From Epithemia pelagica (Eukaryota > Protista > Bacillariophyta), in contig OX337228.1 of NCBI GenBank assembly GCA_946965045.2, positions 1,612,001-1,676,000 on the forward strand: a stretch of DNA of 64,000 nucleotides, written 5' to 3'. The notes beneath the pieces were generated by a model. It was given only the letters and a program-made list of their open reading frames with translations, searched no databases and was not told the DNA's origin. The position numbers were made by a program, and so were the translations under genes. Below, one piece after another: positions 34,787 to 44,761 of this stretch; the stretch's first letter is position 1, and each line of letters opens with the position of its first letter.

Positions 34787-37700
34787 TCAATAGCTGAACC
34801 GATTCAACAGATGATCACGTCGCTTCTCTGGCAGAGGTTTGGTGAAAAGATCAGATAGGTTGGTCAGCGTCCCCTCCTTGGCTACTCGCATGGTTTTAGC
34901 AGCCACGGCCTCTCGGGCCCTGTGGTAACAGATGGACGTGTGCTTTTTCTTCAACGTTGACTCAGGTATTGTCGTGTTTTTGAAGACAGACTCGTTGTCA
35001 CAAAACACGTTCGTTGGTCCTTCTATCGGGATTCCGAACATTCGGAGTTTATAGCGCAGTGCTTCAATATGTTCCACGGCCGTTCTCATCGCGATAAACT
35101 CGCTTCCGAAGGTACTCGTCTCGACGGTATTCTGCCGTTTGCTGTACCAGACGATTGGAGCCCGATTGACAAACAACAATAAACCTGTCTGCGACCGCCG
35201 AGTGACCTTGTTTGATGCGTGATCGGCATCTACAAAACAATGGGTAGATACTGGGTGGCCACGTGGTTCAGGCATGTCCCCAGGAATGGATTCCTTGGCA
35301 TCTCTGTAAAAGTCGTACCAATCATATTGGCTAAAGCACCGCTCATCGATATCTGGGTGCATCGGGTCAAACCACAAGCGTCTCTTTGGGAACGCTTTCA
35401 GATACCCAAACATTGCATATGCTTGCTGCAGATGGCCTTCTCGTGGCATCGCGAGATATGTTGACATCATTGACGTCTCCAATAGGACATCAACTCGTCC
35501 TAGTTCCACTGCCCACCGAAGGATCCCGATAAGTTCTTGGAACTTCTGAATCCCGTCTGCTTTAAGCTCCGGGCTGGTGTCGTTTTCAGGCCTATAGCCG
35601 TATGAGAGTGGTGTCCGGCAACCAGTAGGGAGACGCTGTCCCTATTCAGCAAGTTGCTTTTCAATGTTTTCAATAGCGGCACGAACGTACTTCTCAGATG
35701 AGATGTACCACGCCTCTCTGCCGTCCATCGACATCGTCCCGAGTTCTGCCCCGAGATACATCTCGGGCGGCTCAATCTTGTCGTCTTTTAGTTTGAAGAC
35801 CGCCTGAACGCCCTTTAAAACCTTCTTTGAATCGTGTGACAACGCCAATAGGTCGTCAACGTAACATAGGACGTATTCATAGTACTTGAAACCGTCTGGT
35901 TTCACAGCTGGTCTCATCCAAAAATCAGGGTCGGCCTTTGACGGTTTGAACCCAATGTCGTACAATGTTTCGGCCAAATGCGCACGGAACGCGGCCCCAC
36001 TGGACTTGAGCCCGTACAAGGCCTTCTTGATAATCATAATCGTCCCCTCTTCCGATCCCAGCTCTGGTCCAGCCCTGAACCAAATCTTCTCACGGCAATC
36101 TGCCGTTAGGTAGGCGTTCTGGATGTCACAAGCCGATATATTTAGGTCATTCAATGCGGCAATGAGGAGGGCAATCCTAACCGAATCACGGGAAACCACG
36201 GAAGAGTATGTCAGGGATGCCGGGGTCTCGGTGAGGTGTCCCCCGGCGACAAACCTTGCCTTGCGACGGAAATTCTCCCCCATCTTGACGTCGAAGACAA
36301 TATGACATCGTATTTGCTGGTAACCAATGGGGATTTCCGACTCAGACTTCTCCCACGCTTGGAAGCCAGGGCGCACATTACGCATTTCCTTGCAGATTGC
36401 ATCCCACCAGAGTGTGTTACCATTTTTTCTATCGAGTTCCTTTGCCTCCTCAACGGATTTGGGGATTTGTATGCCGAACTTGTGCGTTCGGAGCCAGTAT
36501 TTGGACTTGAGTTTGGAAATAATTCGGTTGCGTTTCTTCAACACCTTTGGAACCCACCAGGCAAATGCCGGTTCCATGGAGATGCGAGCGGCGACGGCAT
36601 ATTCGGAGACTTGTACTGGGTACGACTCCTTCAGGTCTTTGAGCGTGATCCAATTTGTGGATCCGTCCTTCCACTGGACTAGAAGCTCCCAACCGATGGT
36701 CGTTTCCCTGCGTCGCTTGTTTCCATTTCGCATCGTGACGAAAGCATCTTGTTGTGTCACGGCTTTACTGTTTTTCCTGTGGTCAATGATTTCGTCCAAG
36801 AGGACTTGTCGGTTCCCGTCGTCGTCGACCTGGGAGAAAAGGTTCTCTGCGATGTAATTTGCAGCGAGAGCGGTCTTGGTACCGTCTCTAAATTCAACCT
36901 CGTACATACGTGTGTCGAGGATGGGGTTGTCGTGTGCCGTTCCAATTGGGAGGCCGTCCTTGTCACGCAACCGTTTTGTTACTTTGGCTAACATCGGGAA
37001 GTCCTCATCCTGTTTAGGTAAGGCAACTTCCATGTTAACATAAGTGTCGTCAAAAACTTCCGGGGTAAATTCGTCGTCTGCCTCCTTGACCTCATCATTG
37101 CTGACCACATCGTAGAATTCAGCGTGAAAATCAGGGTCGTGTTCGAGGGGCGGGAGGTCCCAATCAGTAGGATGGGTTTTGCCTCCGTCGACGAGGAAGT
37201 GTGCAGAATCGTGAAGCTTGTCACGGATAAAGGTGTCGAATTCTGTGCAACGATGTTGAACACCGGTTTCTTGCAATTCCAGATTGGTCACCCTGGTGAC
37301 GGTTGTACGGGAGACAACGCGTCCAGTGTCAGTCAGAATCCAATAGGACATAAGGCTTCCCACTCGGTGAGAGACACCAAGCCATCGTCCGAGACGAGTG
37401 GCACCCAAACCGGCGTTGTCGTTATACCAACACCAATCGTAAAAAGTAAAATCCAAATATTCGGATATGTCTGGCGTTTCGCCTGTCACTCGTTCTAGAC
37501 TTGTGCGACCGTCGAGGTCGCCAGATTGCCGCGCAGTCCGCTGCATCGTTTCGCATACCCAGCGTATGCCATAGTCCCATAGGCGACGTGGAACACGTTG
37601 TTTGTGCATGACGCGGAACCACCGTTTGCGAATCTCGCGGATTACGCCTTCCACTTTGGACTGGTTGTGACGATAGGGTTCAGTCACTTGGAGATCAATC

Positions 37701-38953
37701 GCATGCTTTCGGACTTGCTCGCGGAAAGTCGTGCGTTTCCCAGTTTGTTCTTTTGAGCCGTCACACAAGAGTGTATCCGGGACTCCAAAATCAGAAATGA
37801 ACTGTTGGAGTCCTGCACCAGCATCACTTTTCTTTTCCATCGGGTATGCTGCGGCGAAAAAATCTTTGTTCGCAAATATTTGAGCGTGGCAGTTACCATC
37901 TAGAGATTTATACTGCCCGTCCATGGTATCGGTAAAAACGACGTCTTTCAGTCGGGGCCGTTCAAACATGCGGTCTGCCCGATAACGTCGTGACAAAGGC
38001 AAGATGGCAGAGCGGACCATTCGTTGGGTTGTCGCGGCCAACGTTTTCTTGGCCTGTTCCAAACCAATGAACCATCGTTCACTGAGAGACTGAGCGGTCA
38101 CTGTACCGCGTCGCTCGTTGGAAATAAAGGTGCGCTCAGATGGGATATCCAAGCGAGGGAGGAATTCGGGTTTAACTTCATGGTCTGCAATCTGCACACT
38201 GGCAATCAAACGAGAAGTCAGTTGGTTCGGTTCATAAATCGTCCCCTGAAAGATGGGCTCAGACGATACAACGGAAATACCGACCGTATCTGCAGGTTGG
38301 TTCCGCGGGAATATGTCCTGATGCGGTTCCCAGTCGTGGTGGGAAGATAGATGGATGTAAGGCAACTGCTCCAGCTCCGGCTGTGATGGCACCCGAGTAT
38401 CGAAATAAATGATGGTGCCCTGAGTGTGGAACGGGATGACCACGTCTTCGTGGTAAATACCCATTGGGTCTTTGGAATATGGGTTGTCCATGACATCGAT
38501 GCCATTTGCCCTCACTTGATTGGGGTTGACCAGGGAATGCTTCATCTGGTCCCCCATCCACAATGCTTCATTGAAAATGAGAATAAATTCTTGCCCGTCG
38601 GACTGTCGTGTCCATAAGGTGGCTCCGGTGACGACAGGTACGTGCTTAATGGCATCGTATGCTTCAGTGTATGGGGACACGTCGCATTCTTTTCCCGTAT
38701 ATGCCAAGACGGTACAATTTGCGCCAAGAACGATAGTATCGGCATGGGTGTCAAGCTCGACGCGCCCTGTCTCACCGACGACGTTGGTTCTCTTGATGCA
38801 CGATTTGGAAGAGGACACTGTGCTGCGTGCACTTGATATCAATCTGCATATTGATCGTTGTCTCCCTACTTGCATATAATTCCTCTTAAGCAATCGTTCA
38901 CAGAGTAAACTCACGATTTTAGAATAGAGGATAACAAATAGGGAGGGTAACCA
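34787..38953 (-). pseudogene. pol (PR-IN-RT-RH) of element C with one in-frame TAG at 35642-35644
   Basis: Frame is open from the gag stop to 35645, then continues in frame (QLAE*GQRLP..ELGRVD) to 34787. Confidence 0.9.
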
Positions 38954-40441
38954 TCAGCTGTTCTTAGCTCTGGCTCTCTCATTTCGCCCGCCGAATTTGT
39001 TTCCGGCATCATCAGGCACTGGATCTTCTTGATCCTTGTTCGTTGCATCACTGGCTACAGGGATCAAATTCGTAGTGATCTCTGCGACTTGCCGTTTGAC
39101 CTCAGAGAGGAGAGTATCAGCAATGGAGGATACCTCCGATGCTTTGCGTTTGTTTCCAGATTTCTGCTTTTTCTTGCGTTCATCGATGACCTTTTGTTTG
39201 TCGTCGTCGGGGAGATCCTTCCAATTCTTGTAGAATCCCGTGAAGATCGAGCCATCAGGCATGGTAACGCCGCTCTTTGGTGCCTTTGCACCACGTTGGG
39301 GAGTGTTGAACTTGTTGTTGTTGTTTCCTCCGCCACGAATACGTTGGGCCGCGGATACCTTGCGTGCCAGTTGATACTCCGGCATTTCGCTCACAGCTGC
39401 AGCAATATGATTGGCCGCCTGTGTGTATGTCAGTCCGTCCATGTCGAACCGGACTTTGAGTGCTTTGACGGTGTCTTGTAGCTGTGGGTGCTGGACCCTT
39501 TTAAACAGCTCTCGAATTTTCGCCGCGTCCGTATACGCTTCCCCCTCGTCTGCATAGATGTTGAACATCTTTTGCAGACGATCCAGGAACGTGGTGAAGG
39601 GAAGAGAGCGTTCCGATTTGTAATGAAGACTTTCGCGCATGCGATCGGCCGTTGCAATACGGCGACTGGCATTACCTTCTCCAGCGTAGTGATTGCGAAG
39701 AGCTTCCATGTCACGTCGACCATCGGCATAGCGAGTCAAATGCTTGATCCATTGTTCAGCAGTTTCTGAGACTAGGAAATTCTTGAGAAGTTGATGGACT
39801 TTTCGTGCGTCGGTGCGAAAATGCGTGCCTTGTAGAGGGGCACAAGCAACCATTGTTGCATTGAAGTCGTCTCCAAAAGTGCCGTTGTGGTCGGGCTGTT
39901 CATTCTCACGGACAACGTAAGACAGCGGAACGCCATTAACACCCGGTATGGTGCTTAGATAGTTGACAAACGCGGGCTCCCAATCGGGCCACTTCCGTTC
40001 GTCCTTGAATTTTCCCGGATCGGCAGCCTTGCTAACCGTATCCGCCTGGTCGGCTTCGACCTTGCGAGTCTCGGAGCGTTCGATTGATTTCGTTAGAACC
40101 TCCTTGAACTCATCTTCATCGTTGAGATTGGTAATGTCAGGTCGTGCGGAGCAACGAAAGAAGTCCTGAACCCAATGCATGATGCCAAGCATCCATTTGA
40201 TACGGCGCATGCCGAAAATGATGCGTCCATTAGCGTCGGTGCGCTTCTCAAAGCTTTCAGCCATATTGCGAATATCTGTTTCGGTAACCCCAGCGAAGTC
40301 GCTCAGGGATTGAAAACCACCTTCGTTCCGAATACGAGTCTGGTGTTGGGCATCTGTAAAACCAATCCAAGTGAGAGCCTGGTTCAGGTCTGCCAATTCT
40401 TGTGCCGCCGCTGGTGCGGCTGCCGCTGCTGCTGCTGCCAT
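38954..40441 (-). CDS. gag: gag of element C
   Basis: 495-aa ORF just downstream of the PBS; GVNGVPLSYVVRE motif; basic C-terminus. Confidence 0.85.
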   Translation of the reverse strand: MAAAAAAAAPAAAQELADLNQALTWIGFTDAQHQTRIRNEGGFQSLSDFAGVTETDIRNMAESFEKRTDANGRIIFGMRRIKWMLGIMHWVQDFFRCSARPDITNLNDEDEFKEVLTKSIERSETRKVEADQADTVSKAADPGKFKDERKWPDWEPAFVNYLSTIPGVNGVPLSYVVRENEQPDHNGTFGDDFNATMVACAPLQGTHFRTDARKVHQLLKNFLVSETAEQWIKHLTRYADGRRDMEALRNHYAGEGNASRRIATADRMRESLHYKSERSLPFTTFLDRLQKMFNIYADEGEAYTDAAKIRELFKRVQHPQLQDTVKALKVRFDMDGLTYTQAANHIAAAVSEMPEYQLARKVSAAQRIRGGGNNNNKFNTPQRGAKAPKSGVTMPDGSIFTGFYKNWKDLPDDDKQKVIDERKKKQKSGNKRKASEVSSIADTLLSEVKRQVAEITTNLIPVASDATNKDQEDPVPDDAGNKFGGRNERARAKNS

Positions 40442-40658
40442 GTTTCAGTATATATCTGTCTGACTGTTGGTAAGGTAAAAGCAATTGTATAACAATTAGT
40501 ATCAGTCGTCGCGAGACAACAACATGCAGAGGTGATCAATCTCCGCTGATGATGCCAGGGTGAGCAAACGCTCAAGTCCCTCCTTACACAATCTCGACAT
40601 GCGTCCCGCACGCACGTATGGTCCGAGATTGCGGCGCTCAGTTGCATCCTGTTCGCAG

Positions 40659-40672
40659 TGGGTCTGATAAAC
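40659..40672 (-). other. Primer-binding site of element C (tRNA-Ile(GAU)-like anticodon arm)
   Basis: TGGGTCTGATAAAC abutting the LTR; identical 14-mer in element B. Confidence 0.75.
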
Positions 40673-40861
40673 CGAAAGAAATCGCTCATAACATGGCGGT
40701 GTACTCACTAGCTTAGGGGTAACTCAGGATTTCATGCAAAAGAGTGACCATACCGGCCAAGGACTAAGGGATAAGCATTATCGCTAGATTCAAGGTATAT
40801 CGCCAGTGCGCGTCGGCCTCGCTGGGCGGAACGCCTGCCATCTCGTGACAGGAATCTTTCG
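40673..40861 (-). repeat. 5' LTR of element C
   Basis: Direct repeat of 34549-34737. Confidence 0.95.
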
Positions 40862-40996
40862 GCATCAAGAGTCATCCAAATCGTAGAACCGAGGGGAACG
40901 AAATAGGCGACGAGGAGGCGGATCAGTCGCACCTCTGATGTCGGTCGCAGGAGTCTGGCCAGCATCGGCCACGTCACTCCACATCAGTACAGACAA

Positions 40997-41346
40997 CGAA
41001 GAGACACTACGAACACATCCTGAGCACGTGTCGTTTCGAGTCTGTCCGAGAGATCGCAAGTCAGTCAAAACTTTGTCCGTTGAGGTTTCCTAAAAGATAT
41101 GAAACTACAATCAGACACACAGTTTTGCCGAAGGCCTCAGAACCGAGAATGGCTCCATACCATTGTCCATTAATCGGTTGACTGATATGTTATGGATCGG
41201 CTTCGATTAGAAGTCGAGGAATAATATGTTGGGGAACTGGTTGATGAGTTTAGGAAACCTCAACGGGCAAAGTTTTGACTGACTTGCGATCTCTCGGACA
41301 GACTCGAAACGACACGTGCTCAGGATGTGTTCGTAGTGTCTCTTCG
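40997..41346. repeat. 98-bp inverted repeat with 154-bp spacer (foldback)
   Basis: 40997-41094 is the reverse complement of 41249-41346 with one mismatch; no TSD found. Confidence 0.95.
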
Positions 41347-41599
41347 GTGAAACAAAGAACAACCTCCAAAGACACACGCACAACACACGAAATAGCTTCG
41401 CATCTCTCGAATGAACCATCACAATCATAACATCTTGTCACAACAAAGAATGGAAGCAGACCTCTCCATGATCCTCCTTCTTGGATAGAGATTCCATCCG
41501 TCAATCCTGCCACAAGACGTACTAGAACCGCAGCAGTATCCACATAACAAGAGTATCAGCAGCATGAGAGCATCGGGCCCCGGTTGCATTCTCACCTCC

Positions 41600-42454
41600 A
41601 TGGATTCGCTCCAACGTGTATTGCTCCTGGTCATTACCTTGTTGGTGGCCATGCCGATGGCCAGCAATACCAACACTACCACAAACACAATGTCACTTCC
41701 ACTCGTCCAAAACATGCGTCGCGATGCTTCTCATTCCTCGCTTCGACAACAACAACAACAACCACCCCCACCATTGTCCGACAAGATGCAGGAACAGGTC
41801 ATCACCCAGCAGCACCATCACAACAACGACGAGAAGGAGGATGAGTGTCATACCTTGACGATTCATTTGAATACGACCCATATCGAACGAGATTTTGTCT
41901 TGGTGCCATCCCATACTGCGACTACCTTGCAATCCTCTCCCATGGGACCCGGTACACAACAAGTGGGCATTCTCCCCTTTGTGGTTTCCTCGTCTCACCA
42001 AGAACGCAACCACAACAACAAAGAACTGCAACAACAACAACAACAAGGATATTATGAAGTCAGCATTACCTTTCTCAATCAACCGTCTTCCCCAAACGAC
42101 GATTCTACTACAACCACGACACAACCACCCATGGGATGCATTGGTGTCGGTGCCTACACCTTTTTGCCAGTGTCCCCAAACGTGAAACAGAACCACCATT
42201 CCAACACTCCTTCTTCTTCTTCTTCCGTGGATCAAATTACCTTTACAGCGTCCTGTCAAGGCTTGCCCTACTTGTCCATTACGGGTGGAATGGGAGCCTA
42301 CCAAGGCGCCTATGGGCAAGTTCATTACAATCTTCCAGGACGACTGCCCCATACCAAACGACATGAAATTCATGTGTGTCAACGACCCCTCGGAACGAGG
42401 AGTCGTGGTAGTACCGATTCACCCGTGTCGTCGTCGTCATCATCCTCGTCCTAA
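41600..42454 (+). CDS. Secreted protein with an allene-oxide-cyclase/dirigent-like beta-barrel motif
   Basis: Hydrophobic signal peptide (RVLLLVITLLVAMPMA); YLSITGGMGAYQGAYGQV resembles the AOC/dirigent TGG..GA.G.V signature. Confidence 0.5.
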   Translation: MDSLQRVLLLVITLLVAMPMASNTNTTTNTMSLPLVQNMRRDASHSSLRQQQQQPPPPLSDKMQEQVITQQHHHNNDEKEDECHTLTIHLNTTHIERDFVLVPSHTATTLQSSPMGPGTQQVGILPFVVSSSHQERNHNNKELQQQQQQGYYEVSITFLNQPSSPNDDSTTTTTQPPMGCIGVGAYTFLPVSPNVKQNHHSNTPSSSSSVDQITFTASCQGLPYLSITGGMGAYQGAYGQVHYNLPGRLPHTKRHEIHVCQRPLGTRSRGSTDSPVSSSSSSSS

Positions 42455-42736
42455 CCCGTTGTACAAATGCCATCACCAATGCCCAGTTTGCACAAACCGA
42501 CACTAATGTACAAAACGGGGACCACCCCCAAGAATTGCGCTCCTCTCCTTACAAATTGTACATACCTGGAACAAACGCGCAAGCATATAGCGAAAACATT
42601 GTTTATAATACTACTTCCTAGACAGCCTGTAAATACCCCTTCTACTACGAGTACTCTCATTGCATAGTTACTCTTGTTCCATCCACAGCCACTCACTCTT
42701 GTGGTCTAACAGGGGTCCACCCCCAAGAATTGCATT

Positions 42737-42960
42737 CATGTTCGCTCCTCTCATTACAAATTGTAGATACATGGAACAAAGTCGCAAGCATAGGGAAAAC
42801 ATTGTTTCTAAGGTACTGGCGGTCATGTTCGCTCCTCTCATTACAAATAGATACATGGAACAAAGTCGCAAGCATAGGGAAAACATTGTTTCTAAGGTAC
42901 TGGCGGTCATGTTCGCTCCTCTCATTACAAATTGTATGGAACAAACGCTCAAGCATAGCG
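42737..42960. repeat. 87/84-bp tandem repeat nested in an older ~200-bp duplication
   Basis: CATGTTCGCTCCTCTCATTACAAAT at 42737, 42824 and 42908; a diverged copy of the surrounding unit at about 42525-42715. Confidence 0.9.
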
Positions 42961-43056
42961 AAAACATTCTTTCTACTAGAAGACAGCCTGTGAATACCTT
43001 TCTACTCTCGTTGCATAGTCACTCTTGTTCCATCCGCAGCCACTCACGCTTGTTGT

Positions 43057-44445
43057 CTACAAGGGCTTTTGATCGTCCGGCAAACCGGAAATCATGGCTT
43101 GACGCACTTGTTCGGCCAATTCTTCTTCTGTTTTACCCTCTGATTCAATCGGTTCATGCACAATGATTTTCAAAATTCGATGCGAGGCCCGAATCGGGAA
43201 CATGGCCCAAATGGGATGGGCCTTTTGGGCTCCCGCAATCGACAAGGGCACGACGGGTGCACCAGCCTTGTGTGCCATTTTAAAGGCTCCATTTTTAAAG
43301 GACAACAATCGACCGTTGCGACTGCGTGTGCCTTCGGGGAAGGTACACAAGTGAACGCCATCCTTCAAATATTGAATGCCCGCGCGCAGGGTTTTGAGAC
43401 CCGACTTTTTGTCCGTTCGGTCCACCATCAAATTGCCCGCCACGGCAATCGCTGCAGACAGAATGGGGACCTTGGACAATTCCTTTTTGGCGACAAATTT
43501 GTAATTCCGCCAACCAATGGTCGAACCCACCACGGGAATGTCCATCCAGGAATTGTGATTCGCGACAAACATGCAAGTTCGGCCACTGAAATGAATTTGG
43601 CAAGATAAAGAGAGAAAAAGACAAGATTCAAAGTGATGAAGAAAAGGAGACACAAGCGGTGAGAATAAGTCAATACGGTAGACAAGCGATTATCTACTGT
43701 TGTGTTTGGATTCATTTCCAACCACAGCGACGACAAATTGTAGTATCCACTTCTCAACCAATCACAACTTTAATCCAACGTACTTGGCATAAAGGTCTTT
43801 TAAAATATCCAATCCTTCGGCTTGAGGGTACGATCGTGTCAAACGCATCAGCAGAGTGCCCCAGATTTGATTAAAGGTGGACGGAATCGATCGTTGCTTG
43901 TCAAATTTGCCTCGCGTCAAGATGGAAAAGGCTTGATACGTCATCAAGGCTGCAAACCATGGCAATCCAAGCAAAATGGCCACCATACCATACCAAACAC
44001 CATAGGGATTCAAGACTCCATACTTTAATCGAACCGTAAAGGGACCTGCTTGTGCTCGATACTCGCTCATGGTCGATGGGGTCGACACGGGTGAAGCCTT
44101 GTCCTCAGGGATTTGGAGACTTGCCGCGGCAGCTCCCGCTCCATTCGGCACAATACCCTTCAGGGTTGATTTCGAGGCAACAGAAACGACAGGGTCATTG
44201 TTGTTGTTATTTTCATTGTCGGATTCGGTTGTAGTCGAAGACGAGGACAACGACAACGACGATGAGTGGCTGGGGCAGGCACGGGGTCGTGATGGTTGGT
44301 GTTGGGAAAGCACTTGAGTGAGTGATCGGATTACTTGAGGAGACAGCCGTTGAATACTAAACGCTTGTGAACCATAATGACCCAAGTCTGATACTAGCAA
44401 AACCGCAAAAACGGTAAGAACCGAACAAGTTGCCGTCGTCTTCAT
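43057..44445 (-). CDS. plsC: Plastid-type 1-acyl-sn-glycerol-3-phosphate acyltransferase; 2 exons, intron 43586-43783
   Basis: NHNSWMD (NHx4D), FPEGTRS, VVPLSI; signal peptide followed by QAF (ASAFAP-like); GTACGT..TTCAG intron restores the frame. Confidence 0.92.
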
Positions 44446-44761
44446 GGTGGAAGCAATCTGTGGGAGAAATTCAACCAGCAGTGTGACGTTTATTCCACGG
44501 TCTGTGTATGGAGCGATTGAAACGAGACCAAAACGAAGATTCGTCCACTCAATCATTTTCGACCAATCAGATCTACCGAAGAGATGTCTCGTCAATATAT
44601 CGCGAGTGACGCCATCCGTATTCTTAAAGAGGGGGCAGCAACAACAAAGGTCGGGTCCAACACAACACGGGGCGGTGAGAACTATTCTCTCTACCCTAGT
44701 AGAAGTTCACTAGAGGAGTAGAGTACTCCTAGGTAGGAGTGATTATAAGACCAATTCAACA

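Larger units (their letters stand above)
34549..40861 (-). mobile_element. Full-length Ty1/copia LTR retrotransposon (element C), about 6.3 kb
   Basis: 189-bp LTRs (34549-34737, 40673-40861), identical by eye; TSD GCAT (or GCATC if the terminal C is assigned to the target); PPT-like GAGGGGAC; gag, PR (LDTHAD), IN, RT (DIQNAYL, YVDDLL), RH (DADHA, CDNESV, SDLFTK). Confidence 0.97.

Noticed and set aside
41693-42382. 229-aa antisense ORF and many other shadow ORFs opposite long genes
   Set aside because: Explained by codon bias and CAA/GAC-type repeats on the coding strand.
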